A stretch of 64,000 bases of DNA from a virus (lineage: Duplodnaviria; Caudoviricetes): positions 30,444-94,443 of IMG/VR virus record IMGVR_UViG_3300010352_002811, one strand, 5' to 3'. The notes under the pieces are model-generated. The model saw only the letters and a list, made by a program, of their open reading frames with translations, searched no databases and was not told the origin of the DNA. Positions 1 to 10,362 of this stretch are shown here, piece after piece (position 1 is the first letter of the stretch; each line of letters starts with the position of its first letter). The translations under genes were made by a program, and so were the position numbers.

Positions 1-2
1 AG

Positions 3-830
3 AACTTCGGGAATCAGAAGGAAAATGATAATCGTCTTTATCGTCCAAAGATTAAGGATGATGGCACGTTTGAAGGAATCATTCGTTTCGTTCCTTCACC
101 AGACACAGACCTCCCATTCGTGATTGTTTACGACCACGCTTTCCAGGGTCCAGATGGCTCTTGGTTCATTGAAAAGTGCCCAAAGACCCACAACGAGGAT
201 TGCCCTGTTTGTAAGCACGCTTCTAAGGTTTGGAATAGTGGTGATGAGGAAGCTGCTCGTCGGCGTTTCAAGAAGATGACAGTTTATTCAAATATTCTGG
301 TCATCAAGGATCCCCAGACTCCTGAGAACGAAGGAAAGGTTTTCTTGTTCAAGTATGGCAAGAAGATGTATGAGCAGATTAAGAACACAATGATTCCTCC
401 AAAGGATTCTATTGACGAGCCTGTGATGGTTTTTGATTATGACGAAGGTGCGAACTTCAAGCTAAAGATTGCTACTAAGATTATCAATGGTTGGAATGGA
501 AAGAAGACTCCTGTTCCTAATTATGACGCATCTCAGTTCATGTCAGTATCAAAGCTTCCAGACCATGTTGTTGACACTGTTGAGTCCAGCATCTTCCCTC
601 TAAAGCCTTTCGCATCCCGTGACAAGTTCCTTTCAAATGATGAACTTATTGCGAAGCTGAACAAGGTTGAAGGTCTTACTGCTGGTCCAGTTGCTTCAAA
701 GCCTGCTGAGAAGGATCCTCTTTTCCAGTTTGATGATGAAGTTCAGACTGAGAAGAAGCCTGAGAAGAAGGTTGAAAAGAAGGAAACGAAGCCATCTGAT
801 GACGACGATTTCTTCGCACAGTTCAAGTAA
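3..830 (+). CDS. 32: T4 gp32-like single-stranded DNA-binding protein (5' end lies upstream of window)
   Basis: Frame open from nt 3 (..GIIRFVPS..HAFQGPDGSWFIEKCP..DCPVC..NILVIKDP..ENEGKVFLFKYGKK..GANFKLK..NYDASQF); acidic C-tail DDDDFFAQFK. Confidence 0.93.
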   Translation, partial: NFGNQKENDNRLYRPKIKDDGTFEGIIRFVPSPDTDLPFVIVYDHAFQGPDGSWFIEKCPKTHNEDCPVCKHASKVWNSGDEEAARRRFKKMTVYSNILVIKDPQTPENEGKVFLFKYGKKMYEQIKNTMIPPKDSIDEPVMVFDYDEGANFKLKIATKIINGWNGKKTPVPNYDASQFMSVSKLPDHVVDTVESSIFPLKPFASRDKFLSNDELIAKLNKVEGLTAGPVASKPAEKDPLFQFDDEVQTEKKPEKKVEKKETKPSDDDDFFAQFK

Positions 831-851
831 TTCAAAATCTTGTTGATATTC

Positions 852-881
852 AGGCCGGGAGTCAAATCTCGGCCTTTTTTT
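852..881 (+). terminator. Rho-independent terminator after gp32
   Basis: AGGCCGGGA-gtcaaa-TCTCGGCCT followed by T-tract. Confidence 0.85.
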
Positions 882-894
882 ATGAGAGGGTTAC

Positions 895-1770
895 ATGTAT
901 ATACGAAATTTTTATGAAAGCTCCAGAACTGCGAAGAACATCAATTTTGAAAGTATCATTAAGCAAGTTGAGAATCCTGTGAACTATGAAGACCCAAAGA
1001 AATCTCCACTAATTTACGGATTTTCGTATAAAGATGGTGTTGCTCTAAAAGAAAACGCAGTATCGGTTGAATATATTCTTCTTGATTATGAAAAAAGCAA
1101 AACCATAGAAGAATTTATAGAAGAATATAAAGAGTTTCAGTTTTATCTTTACACAACAACAGGGTATAAAATTAAGGATGATAGTGATAGATATAGAGTA
1201 ATACTTCCTTTAGATAGGTCATACACAATTGATGAGTATGAACCTTATTGTAAAAGAGTCAAATCAAAGAACGGGAATTCAGTTCTTTCATGGTTTTTCG
1301 TTGGTTGTGATTTGACTTGCTTTGATATAAACCATGGACAAAGAGTTCCGGCATTTACAGAACATTATAAATTCGTAATAAATGAAGGCCGAAATTTCTC
1401 ATTATCAGACATTCCTGAAAGTTTGATGGACCGATTCAAGAGAGAACTGGCTATTGAAAAACTAAATGAGAGTTCAAAAAAGATTCGTAAATATAAGAAA
1501 ACGGTTGATTATACAAAAGAACAGACTGAAGAATATTTTGAAAATAAGCTTGAAAGAACGTTGATAAGATTGAATTCCGAAAACACGTTCAATTGGAGAA
1601 AAAGCGGAACCGGGCAAGGAACTGACATGTGGTTGTTCAAAGCGGCATCTTCTCTTGTCAAATGCCGAATGAGTAGAAATGAAATAATAGATACGTTATT
1701 GAACTTCACCCACGGAAAACGAAAAAAAGAAATTGAACATAAAGTAGATGAAGCGTTTAGGAGAAATTGA
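895..1770 (+). CDS. Archaeo-eukaryotic primase (PrimPol)-like protein
   Basis: hhLDYE, YxYTT and RYRVILPL motifs typical of phage AEP N-terminal domains; helical C-terminal part. Confidence 0.55.
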   Translation: MYIRNFYESSRTAKNINFESIIKQVENPVNYEDPKKSPLIYGFSYKDGVALKENAVSVEYILLDYEKSKTIEEFIEEYKEFQFYLYTTTGYKIKDDSDRYRVILPLDRSYTIDEYEPYCKRVKSKNGNSVLSWFFVGCDLTCFDINHGQRVPAFTEHYKFVINEGRNFSLSDIPESLMDRFKRELAIEKLNESSKKIRKYKKTVDYTKEQTEEYFENKLERTLIRLNSENTFNWRKSGTGQGTDMWLFKAASSLVKCRMSRNEIIDTLLNFTHGKRKKEIEHKVDEAFRRN

Positions 1771-2526
1771 ATGAAGTTGTATCATGGTGATTGTATAGAC
1801 GTGATGAAGAATATTAAAGATAATAGCATTGATTTGATTGCTACCGATTTGCCATTTGGAGTTGTGAAGTGTGATTGGGACATTGTTGTTCCTTTTGATA
1901 AGCTTTGGAAGGAATATAAAAGGATAATTAAGCCTAATGGAGCGATTGTTCTAAACTCACAACAACCATTCACGAGCCAGTTAATTATTTCAAATCTTGA
2001 TTGGTTTAAGTATTCTTTGATTTGGGACAAGTCACAGGTCACAGGATTTCTCGACGCAAACAGAAAACCGTTGAAGCGGCATGAAGATATTTGTATTTTT
2101 TATAATAAGCAGCCAACTTACAATCCTCAATTCACTCAGGGGAAAGCATATAAAATTGTCAGGAATCCGAAGACTTCAAATTATGGAGAACAGGACGAAA
2201 AGACATCAACCGAAAGCTCTGGGAGAAGATACCCAACATCCATCATTTCCATTCCTCAGAAGCGGGAACAAGGCGGGCATCCAACACAAAAGCCTGTAGA
2301 ATTGCTGGAATATTTGATAAAGACCTATTCTAATGAGGGTGATACGGTTCTTGATTCTACCATGGGTTCGGGGACAACTGGAATCGCTTGCTTGAATTTG
2401 AAGAGAGAATTTGTCGGGATTGAAAAGGATGGAAAATTCTTTGAGATGGCGAAACAAAGGCTAGAATCTCATGAGCAGACAATGTCATCTTCAAACAACC
2501 TAAATAAATTTATCAGAAAGGCGTAG
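1771..2526 (+). CDS. DNA N6-adenine/N4-cytosine methyltransferase (beta class)
   Basis: GDC..DLIATDLPF (motif IV), HPTQKP, VLDSTMGSGTTG (motif I). Confidence 0.92.
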   Translation: MKLYHGDCIDVMKNIKDNSIDLIATDLPFGVVKCDWDIVVPFDKLWKEYKRIIKPNGAIVLNSQQPFTSQLIISNLDWFKYSLIWDKSQVTGFLDANRKPLKRHEDICIFYNKQPTYNPQFTQGKAYKIVRNPKTSNYGEQDEKTSTESSGRRYPTSIISIPQKREQGGHPTQKPVELLEYLIKTYSNEGDTVLDSTMGSGTTGIACLNLKREFVGIEKDGKFFEMAKQRLESHEQTMSSSNNLNKFIRKA

Positions 2527-2527
2527 T

Positions 2528-3262
2528 TTGGATTTTACACTTGTTACATGCTCATACAACACGCCTGAGATAACTTTGAATATGCTAAAATCATGGTTAT
2601 TCAAACACCCTATTGAAAAAACAAATTTGGTGCTGATGGAAAATTCTACAAATGAAGATACTGCTAACATTCTATCATCATTAGGAATCCCCTTTTACAG
2701 AAGACCATCAACCACCCACAGTATCGGTGTTAATGAAGCTTTGAAACTATGTAAAACTAAATACGCATTGCTGGTTGATACAGACATATTATTCAACAAA
2801 AATATAATTCCTCTTCTTGACAAGTTCATTTCTACAAACTATACTTTATTAGGCGAGAGATGTGCTGACCGTGGCCAATTCCATCTCTTCCCAAGAATTC
2901 ACCCGTGGTTTTGTTTCATCAACATCGAGCATCTGAATAAATTTGGTATTTCGTTTCATGACCAAAAAAGAATCGATGAGACGAATAGCAATCAATTTTT
3001 TCAGCACGTTCCATTAGCACCAAATAATGAAAATACCAAATATGATGTTGGTGCGACGATGTATGAAGATGTTGTGAATTCTGGATTGAAAATAGGGAAT
3101 TCGAAATTTGACGATGTTTGGTTCACTCATTATGAAGGTATGAGTTGGTATCAAAAAACAGGAAATGCGCTTCTATCAAAAATTAGAGAAGAACGATTAA
3201 CTCATTACTTAAGAACTGTTAAAACTTTTGAACATATTGAACTGAGAGGAAGGTTTGTTTGA
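2528..3262 (+). CDS. Glycosyltransferase, GT-A/GT2-like
   Basis: TCSYN start, LLVDTD DxD motif; first gene of GT island. Confidence 0.7.
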   Translation: MDFTLVTCSYNTPEITLNMLKSWLFKHPIEKTNLVLMENSTNEDTANILSSLGIPFYRRPSTTHSIGVNEALKLCKTKYALLVDTDILFNKNIIPLLDKFISTNYTLLGERCADRGQFHLFPRIHPWFCFINIEHLNKFGISFHDQKRIDETNSNQFFQHVPLAPNNENTKYDVGATMYEDVVNSGLKIGNSKFDDVWFTHYEGMSWYQKTGNALLSKIREERLTHYLRTVKTFEHIELRGRFV

Positions 3263-4041
3263 TTAAGATACTTACAGGACATTCTTCATACGGGGGCTCT
3301 ACTACAGCTTTTATAAACTTAACAAACCTATTTAATAAGAATGGTATTGAATGTAAGCTGTATGGTCCTCACGAATGGCACTTAACAAAATGTAATGCCG
3401 GTATGATAAATTCTGTAGAAATAAATCCAGACGATACAGTTATTGTTCATTATTTGAATATACCTACTCGTATTCAATGTAGAAAAATGATTCTTAGTAT
3501 TCATGAATTCTCTAGCATTTTTAACGTACAAACATTAAATCTAAGCGTGTTTGACTCATTTCATTGCGTGAGTGATAAAGTCAGAGAAGAACAGAATATT
3601 ATAAGAAACTATGAAATAATTACAAATGTTATGGACGACTTGAAGCCAAATAAAAAGAATGATGATAAAGTAGCAGGAATTATAGGAACAATACACCCGA
3701 TAAAGAATGTTCACGTATCTTTGCGACGCGCTTTGAATGATGGTATGAAGAAAATATATATTTGTGGCAATGTTGGAGATGCCGAATACTACAATACAAA
3801 AATAGTCCCATTCTTACAAGCTTGGCCCGGAAAAATAAAGCATTTGGGATATTGTGAAAATAAACAGACCATGTATGATTTGTTAACAGATGTATACCAT
3901 AGTTCTGAATTTGAAACGTGGGGGTATATAAAAGCTGAATGCGCTCTCACAAATACAACATACCACGGAAATGAGAAAACTGATGGAGTGTTGTATATGA
4001 ATAATGATGAAATACTAACAAGATGGATGAAAATTATATGA
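3259..4041 (+). CDS. Glycosyltransferase, GT-B/GT4-like
   Basis: GGSTTA N-terminal loop, GTIHPIKN, SEFETWG..AE (E-x7-E-like). Confidence 0.7.
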   Translation: MIKILTGHSSYGGSTTAFINLTNLFNKNGIECKLYGPHEWHLTKCNAGMINSVEINPDDTVIVHYLNIPTRIQCRKMILSIHEFSSIFNVQTLNLSVFDSFHCVSDKVREEQNIIRNYEIITNVMDDLKPNKKNDDKVAGIIGTIHPIKNVHVSLRRALNDGMKKIYICGNVGDAEYYNTKIVPFLQAWPGKIKHLGYCENKQTMYDLLTDVYHSSEFETWGYIKAECALTNTTYHGNEKTDGVLYMNNDEILTRWMKII

Positions 4042-4811
4042 ACGATATATTTTCGGATGCTTGCTATGTTATACAGCATCGCGATCATTCAAAAAATCAT
4101 GACAGAACTCGTAATTTAATACAGGTTCTAAAATATGTTCGCAGTATATCAAAATACATTGAAATTCTTATTATTGAACAAGATACAAGCAAATCATCTG
4201 AACTTGAAACTATTGCGGCGGAATATAATGTCAAGTATGAATTTTTATACAATCCGGGACTATTCAATCGTAGTTGGGGATTTAACTTTTCAACAAGAGT
4301 AACTGATAAGCAGAAATTGGTGTTTGCTGATAATGATATGCTAATTGATAATGAGTGTTTTATTCAAAGTGTTACATTGCTAGATATATTTTCAATAGTT
4401 AGGCCGTATAATGGATATTCTAATGATTTAACCGAAGAACAAACACTCGCATATATATCTACTAAACAAATTGGCCAGGGAATTATTAGAAATATTCACA
4501 ACTTGTCTGGTGGGGTTATATTGTTTAATAAGACTACGTTTGAACAAATCGGAATGTTTGATGAACGGTTTGAAGGTTGGGGTGGAGAAGATGATGAGAT
4601 GATGTTGAATATTCAAAAATATGCTACCGAAGGTTCCGTCACTGTAGCCACATTAAATCACCCAATAACACATCTATATCATTCTAGAGAAATTTATGAT
4701 GGGAACTCTCAGCCAAATTATAACAAAAATGTCTCATATATAACAGATGGTAACAGAAATTTCGGAATTATAAAACTTGGAGATGTTAATAAATATAGGG
4801 GGCTACCATGA
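4038..4811 (+). CDS. GT7/GT2-type galactosyltransferase-like glycosyltransferase
   Basis: FNRSWGFN, FADND, FDERFEGWGGEDD, HLYH; start placed at ATGA overlap 4038. Confidence 0.8.
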   Translation: MNDIFSDACYVIQHRDHSKNHDRTRNLIQVLKYVRSISKYIEILIIEQDTSKSSELETIAAEYNVKYEFLYNPGLFNRSWGFNFSTRVTDKQKLVFADNDMLIDNECFIQSVTLLDIFSIVRPYNGYSNDLTEEQTLAYISTKQIGQGIIRNIHNLSGGVILFNKTTFEQIGMFDERFEGWGGEDDEMMLNIQKYATEGSVTVATLNHPITHLYHSREIYDGNSQPNYNKNVSYITDGNRNFGIIKLGDVNKYRGLP

Positions 4812-5551
4812 GTGATTTTTCAATAGGTATAACAACATTCAAACGTAGGGAGCAATATTTATATTCTTTAGTCAATAATATTCGTAATCAGACAAATAGA
4901 GATATATTAATTACAATAAATCAAGATTATAAAGAACCAGCAGACTTCGGTTATATTAACAGAATTTATAAATTTGTTTCGGAGTTTGATAATATTTTTG
5001 TATTTGTATTTCCTACATTTACATCATTATCAAAAATGTGGAATACTATTATTATAAATTCGCAGACAAAAACAAATTTGATTTTGAACGATGATGTTGT
5101 TATATATGATAGGTTTTTCAATTCAATTAACAATATAGATGTTGATAGCTGTGTAAAAATAAACAATACCTTTGGGATGTTTTTTATAAATAAAACTTGT
5201 GCTATTAACTTAAATTTTTTTGATGAACGACTTCTTGCGTATGGAGAAGAAGATGGAGATTTTGTTTGGAAATACGAAACGACGTATAAGAAGACTATTC
5301 CAACAATCTATAATAATCTTATTGAAAATGTTCAGGAAGGTTATAGAGTTGAAAATAAATTGTCTAAGATTGATTTGGGTCATCGTTTGGTTCCCCGTTT
5401 TAATAGAGAATTGATTCAAAAAATGTATAAACCAACAAATTCAGGAGTGTCAGGTATGTTTGGAAGTCCATCATATAAAACAACCGAATTTCCAGACTAT
5501 AAGCAATATCCATACGAAATGTTTAAAGACGAAAATTTTGGTAACTTGTAG
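4808..5551 (+). CDS. GT2-like glycosyltransferase
   Basis: ITTFKR, LNDDV, FDERLLAYGEEDGDF. Confidence 0.7.
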   Translation: MSDFSIGITTFKRREQYLYSLVNNIRNQTNRDILITINQDYKEPADFGYINRIYKFVSEFDNIFVFVFPTFTSLSKMWNTIIINSQTKTNLILNDDVVIYDRFFNSINNIDVDSCVKINNTFGMFFINKTCAINLNFFDERLLAYGEEDGDFVWKYETTYKKTIPTIYNNLIENVQEGYRVENKLSKIDLGHRLVPRFNRELIQKMYKPTNSGVSGMFGSPSYKTTEFPDYKQYPYEMFKDENFGNL

Positions 5552-5558
5552 GAATAAT

Positions 5559-6368
5559 ATGCGTATTAAATTATTTTGTAATTGGACCTCGTGTTTTAAC
5601 TTGCGAGAAGAATTTAAAAAATATTTCAAGAACGAATACACGTATGATGATTTAGAATTTGTTACGGAAAATCAAGAATATAATATTGTCATAAATTATA
5701 CAAACGAGAATATTGATTTAAAAAAAACAATTTTGTTTCAGTGGGAACCTATAACTACAAGAAATTCCTGGCCATTTTTGTTTTCAAATCCAAATCCTGA
5801 AAATTTCTTAAGATGCTATGATATCAAAAATCATCACAATATTGTTTGTTGGTATTTTAATAAAACATATACTGAATTACAGAACGAAACGATTTTAAAA
5901 ACAAAATTATTTTCAGGCATAGTGTCGAATTTATCAAATTTGGAAGGCCATTACTTTAGACGGTGCTTTGTCGAAAATTATTTAATGAAATTGCCATATT
6001 ATGAACATTATGGTAGAGGATATACTGAAATACAAGATAAAACAGAAGGTTTGTTTCCATTTAAGTACACATTTAGTTGTGAAAATAGTTTTGAGAGAAA
6101 TTATTTTACTGAAAAAATAGTTGATTCGATAATGTCGGAATGTGTTTGCTTTTATGATGGATGTCCTAATATTGGAGATTTTTTTCATAAGGATTGTTTT
6201 ATTAAAATCGATGTTAAAGAACCACAAGCTTCAATTAAAATTATTCAAGATAGTATTTATAACAACGAATATGAAAAAAGGATTGATAATATTCGGAAGG
6301 AAAAAACCCGAATTTTGAACAGTATGAATTGGTGTGAACTTGTAAAAGAAGCATTGGACGAAGCATGA
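5559..6368 (+). CDS. GT10 (alpha-1,3-fucosyltransferase)-like glycosyltransferase
   Basis: FKYTFSCENSFERNYFTEKIVD..YDGCPN matches GT10 signature; ATG 5559 behind AGGA SD. Confidence 0.75.
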   Translation: MRIKLFCNWTSCFNLREEFKKYFKNEYTYDDLEFVTENQEYNIVINYTNENIDLKKTILFQWEPITTRNSWPFLFSNPNPENFLRCYDIKNHHNIVCWYFNKTYTELQNETILKTKLFSGIVSNLSNLEGHYFRRCFVENYLMKLPYYEHYGRGYTEIQDKTEGLFPFKYTFSCENSFERNYFTEKIVDSIMSECVCFYDGCPNIGDFFHKDCFIKIDVKEPQASIKIIQDSIYNNEYEKRIDNIRKEKTRILNSMNWCELVKEALDEA

Positions 6369-7318
6369 AGATATTGTTTCATGATAATTCTTTATCTTTT
6401 AGAGGCACAACAATCGCCTTGTATGATTATGCGTATTACAATCAAGAAATATTAGGAAATGAAAGTGTAATAACATATAATATCAATGATGTAAATACAA
6501 ATCAACGGGTTTTGGAAAAATTTAAAAAGCATTTCAATGTTGTCGCGTATGATAATTTTTCAGAAGTTGATAACATTTTACAAAAAGAAATGTGTGATAA
6601 ATTATATATTATAAAATCAGGAGAAACGAATTATCAAGTATCCAATTGCCGGGATACATTAGTTCACGCTGTTTTTCCTCAGAGCATTTCTCAAAAACAT
6701 GGAACTCGTTACGCATTTGTTTCGGAATGGTTATCAAAAGTATGTTCAAATTACAGTATTGATAATGTTCCTCATATGATAAACATGGCAGATACTAATG
6801 ATACTCTTAGATCCGACTTAAATATTGGACGTGATGATTATGTATTTGGTAGATATGGAGGTTATGAAACATTCGATATTGATTTTGTTAAGGCGGAAAT
6901 TATACATAGCTTAAATACATATAACAATTATTGGTTTGTTTTTATGAATACTGAAAAATTTATAAACCATCCGAGAGTTTTATTTTTACAAGCAGATAGC
7001 GATATGATGATTAAACGTAAATTTATAAACACTTGCGATTTTATGATTCACGCTCGTTACCAAGGAGAATCATTTGGACTATCCGTTTTGGAATTTGCTT
7101 GTTTAAATAAGCAAATAATAACATATGGAAGCTCGCCAGAAAATTCACATTTGATGTATCTTGGAAACAATTGTTATATTTATAATAATGCGACAGACCT
7201 TAGATATATTTTTGATAATGTACAAAAAAATCAATTTGATACATACTATTTGAATGATACATTCTCCCCTAGAGTAATTATGGAAAAATTCAATAAAGTT
7301 TTTCTGGAAAATTTATGA
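6365..7318 (+). CDS. GT-B glycosyltransferase
   Basis: RGTTIALYDYA, GRYGG, HARYQGESFGLSVLE. Confidence 0.7.
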   Translation: MKILFHDNSLSFRGTTIALYDYAYYNQEILGNESVITYNINDVNTNQRVLEKFKKHFNVVAYDNFSEVDNILQKEMCDKLYIIKSGETNYQVSNCRDTLVHAVFPQSISQKHGTRYAFVSEWLSKVCSNYSIDNVPHMINMADTNDTLRSDLNIGRDDYVFGRYGGYETFDIDFVKAEIIHSLNTYNNYWFVFMNTEKFINHPRVLFLQADSDMMIKRKFINTCDFMIHARYQGESFGLSVLEFACLNKQIITYGSSPENSHLMYLGNNCYIYNNATDLRYIFDNVQKNQFDTYYLNDTFSPRVIMEKFNKVFLENL

Positions 7319-7941
7319 TCGTAATATCTACAAAATATACAGATAGATTAATATTAAAAGATTGTTTAGAACGGATATGTGAGTTTTATCCAAATGAAAA
7401 AGTTGTAATTGTTGATAGTAATTCAAAAGATATGAGCTTTATACATTCGGTTGATGTATTTGATAAAATATACAATAATCTAAATTATGATACTGGAGCT
7501 TATTACAAAGCATTTATAAAATATCCTAATGAGCCACATTATATGTTCATACATGATAGTTTAATGATAAATAAATTTTATGATTTTTCAAGTATCGATC
7601 TTAAGCCCATACGTCATTTTAGAATACAGGAAGATTCTACTTCAGATTTCACAAGACATATATGTTCAACAATTGGGATAGAATATGAATATTGTTATGG
7701 TTGCTTTGGACCAATGTTTATTTCAAATAATGAAATAGCTCACAACACATTCGTTAAACTCACAACAAGTATTTTGCCAAGCAATAAAATAGAAGCTATG
7801 GCTTATGAAAGAATTTTTGGACTCATATTCAAATCGCTTGGAAAAGAAATAACTTCATCATTTCAGGGAGAACATATTATAGACCCTTATGGTCCATTTG
7901 ATGAGACTTATTTCTCTAAAATTTATTTGAATAGACAATAA
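7315..7941 (+). CDS. Putative glycosyltransferase (GT-A-like)
   Basis: VIVDSNS, YDTGAY, FIHDS, YERIFG; within GT island. Confidence 0.5.
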   Translation: MIVISTKYTDRLILKDCLERICEFYPNEKVVIVDSNSKDMSFIHSVDVFDKIYNNLNYDTGAYYKAFIKYPNEPHYMFIHDSLMINKFYDFSSIDLKPIRHFRIQEDSTSDFTRHICSTIGIEYEYCYGCFGPMFISNNEIAHNTFVKLTTSILPSNKIEAMAYERIFGLIFKSLGKEITSSFQGEHIIDPYGPFDETYFSKIYLNRQ

Positions 7942-7955
7942 TTTTAGGTACAAAT

Positions 7956-8669
7956 ATGAAATTATCATCAGGAAAATTAGCGTTGTGCTTATCAGGCCAG
8001 CCAAGATATTTGGATGTTGGTTATAATTCCATAAAACAATTATTAGATTTTTATGATATAGATGTTTTTATTCATACATGGTACGATGAAGATTTAGTAG
8101 GCCAGCAGTATGAAATGCCTGAGTTATTACGATATAATAGGCGTTGTATTCGTGAGAAAAATGTTATTGATAATATAAAAATGTTGTATTCTCCTAAACA
8201 AATCATACATGAACCAAGTAGAATTTTTGAAACATATGACGCAAATTATGGATTGTGCTTACCTAATTCGGTTCATAGCATGTTTTATTCAATATATAAA
8301 TCAAACGAATTGAAGAAATTATTTGAATTTGAGAATAAATTTACATATGACGCGGTTATACGTTGCCGTTTCGATATTGTCATTGAAAATTTTTTATTAG
8401 ATGATATAGACACAAGTAAATATTATGTTAGTGGCGAGATACATAGGTCCGGGCAATACAATATACCAAATGACCAATTTTGTATAAGTTCCTCTTCAAA
8501 TATGGACCTGTATTCGAATTTATTTAACAATCTTGAACAGTATTACAAAAATGGGTTTCGTGAATTTGTAGGAGAACGGTTACTGTCTTATCATATAACA
8601 ACTATTAACAATAAACAATTTGACTTCTCTGAAAATAAATTAACAATAAATATCGTTAAGAATGGATGA
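7956..8669 (+). CDS. Putative glycosyltransferase-like protein of viral sugar islands
   Basis: ALCLSGQPR, FIHTW, SMFYS, IRCRFD, NDQF, GERLL motifs. Confidence 0.55.
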   Translation: MKLSSGKLALCLSGQPRYLDVGYNSIKQLLDFYDIDVFIHTWYDEDLVGQQYEMPELLRYNRRCIREKNVIDNIKMLYSPKQIIHEPSRIFETYDANYGLCLPNSVHSMFYSIYKSNELKKLFEFENKFTYDAVIRCRFDIVIENFLLDDIDTSKYYVSGEIHRSGQYNIPNDQFCISSSSNMDLYSNLFNNLEQYYKNGFREFVGERLLSYHITTINNKQFDFSENKLTINIVKNG

Positions 8670-8672
8670 CCT

Positions 8673-10061
8673 ATGAAAAAATTAATTATATTTGACCTTG
8701 ATGGAGTGATTATTGATTCAAGGCAACTTCATTATGATTGTCTAAATAAAGCATTAGCAGAGGTTGATTTAAGATTTATAATTTCTGAAGAAGAGCAACA
8801 TACAATTTATGATGGGCTTCCTACAATGAAAAAATTGGAAATGCTGACAGAATATAAAAATCTTCCAAGAAAATTCCATCAACAAATATGGACTCGTAAA
8901 CAAGAAATTACTACTGCTTGCTTACTAAATGATACGAGTAGAGACGATAAACTTATAAGCATTTTTAAGTATTTGATATCTAAAGGTGTTGAAATTTGTG
9001 TAGCATCAAACTCTATAAGAAATACAATTGATATAATTTTAGAATCTAAGAAAATAAAAACATATGTCTCTAAAATAGTTTCGAATGAAGATGTCCATTA
9101 TCCAAAACCAAATCCTCAAATGTATTTACACTGTATGTCTCATTTTGGAATATCCCCTAAAGAGACAATTATCGTTGAAGATTCTTATGTTGGGAGACAG
9201 GCAGCATTCATGTCAGGTGCTATCGTAATGCCTGTAAAAAACTCAACGGAAGTGACTCTTGAACGAATTAAAAGTTATATTGAAACTGGAGAAGATATAA
9301 AAATGAAATGGGAAAATAAAAACTTAAATGTTCTAATACCTATGGCTGGAGAAGGTTCAAGATTTTCCAAAGCAGGGTATACATTTCCAAAGCCATTAAT
9401 TGATGTATTTGGAAAGCCAATGATTCATAAAGTTGTAGATAATATCAATATAGATGCGAATTACATATATTTGATAAGAAAAGAGCATAATGATAAATTC
9501 AATATTTCATCAATGTTAAATCAAATCACTCCAGGATGTAAAATTGTTGAAGTTGATTCTTTAACTGAAGGCGCTGCGTGTACTACGTTGTTAGCAAAAG
9601 AGCATATTGATAATGATATGGAATTGCTTATTGTAAACTCAGACCAATATATGAAATGGGACTCGGGAGAATTTTATCATTCTATAAACAATCCGAATAT
9701 AGATGGTTCTGTTATTTGTTTTGAAAACTCACATCCAAAATGGAGTTATGCTAAGACAGATAATTTTGGAAATATTGTTGAAATCAAAGAAAAGGAAGTT
9801 ATAAGCAATAAAGCAACAGTCGGTATTTATTATTGGGCGAAAGGTTCAGACTATGTTAAATATGCTGAACAAATGATTTCAAAAAATATAAGATATGGAC
9901 AAAATTTTAATGGCACTGGAGAGTTTTACGTAGCCCCAGTTTATAATGAAGCAATCAGTGATGGAAAGAAAATAAAAACATTCATGATTGATAAAATGTA
10001 TGGATTGGGAACTCCGGAAGATTTAACAACATTTCTAAGGGAGACGGCAAATGAATCTTGA
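8673..10061 (+). CDS. HAD phosphatase fused to sugar-phosphate nucleotidyltransferase
   Basis: N-term FDLDGV..KPNP..VEDS (HAD); C-term IPMAGEGSRF..PKPLI..NSDQ..GLGTPEDL (NTP transferase). Confidence 0.88.
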   Translation: MKKLIIFDLDGVIIDSRQLHYDCLNKALAEVDLRFIISEEEQHTIYDGLPTMKKLEMLTEYKNLPRKFHQQIWTRKQEITTACLLNDTSRDDKLISIFKYLISKGVEICVASNSIRNTIDIILESKKIKTYVSKIVSNEDVHYPKPNPQMYLHCMSHFGISPKETIIVEDSYVGRQAAFMSGAIVMPVKNSTEVTLERIKSYIETGEDIKMKWENKNLNVLIPMAGEGSRFSKAGYTFPKPLIDVFGKPMIHKVVDNINIDANYIYLIRKEHNDKFNISSMLNQITPGCKIVEVDSLTEGAACTTLLAKEHIDNDMELLIVNSDQYMKWDSGEFYHSINNPNIDGSVICFENSHPKWSYAKTDNFGNIVEIKEKEVISNKATVGIYYWAKGSDYVKYAEQMISKNIRYGQNFNGTGEFYVAPVYNEAISDGKKIKTFMIDKMYGLGTPEDLTTFLRETANES

Positions 10062-10362
10062 TAGTTTTGTGAAAGGATGGATTGTTGGTGATTTTTCTCC
10101 AGCACTACTCAAATCTAAAGATATCGAAGTTGGAATTAAAAAATATAAAACTGGCGATTTTGAAGCGAAACATGTTCATAATTTGGTAGATGAGTATACC
10201 ATAATTGTTTCAGGTATAGTTGAAATGGATGGTGTGAAATATAGTGAAAATGATATTGTATTTGTTCCAAAAGGTGTTCCTACAGATTTCAAATGTTTGG
10301 AAAATTCAATCACTGTGGTTTTGAAAACTCCGTCAATACCATCAGATAAACAAGTTCTATAA
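10051..10362 (+). CDS. Cupin-fold protein (sugar isomerase/epimerase-like)
   Basis: KGWIVGDF..HVH..EY..IVSG cupin motif; coupled to the HAD-NTase gene. Confidence 0.65.
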   Translation: MNLDSFVKGWIVGDFSPALLKSKDIEVGIKKYKTGDFEAKHVHNLVDEYTIIVSGIVEMDGVKYSENDIVFVPKGVPTDFKCLENSITVVLKTPSIPSDKQVL

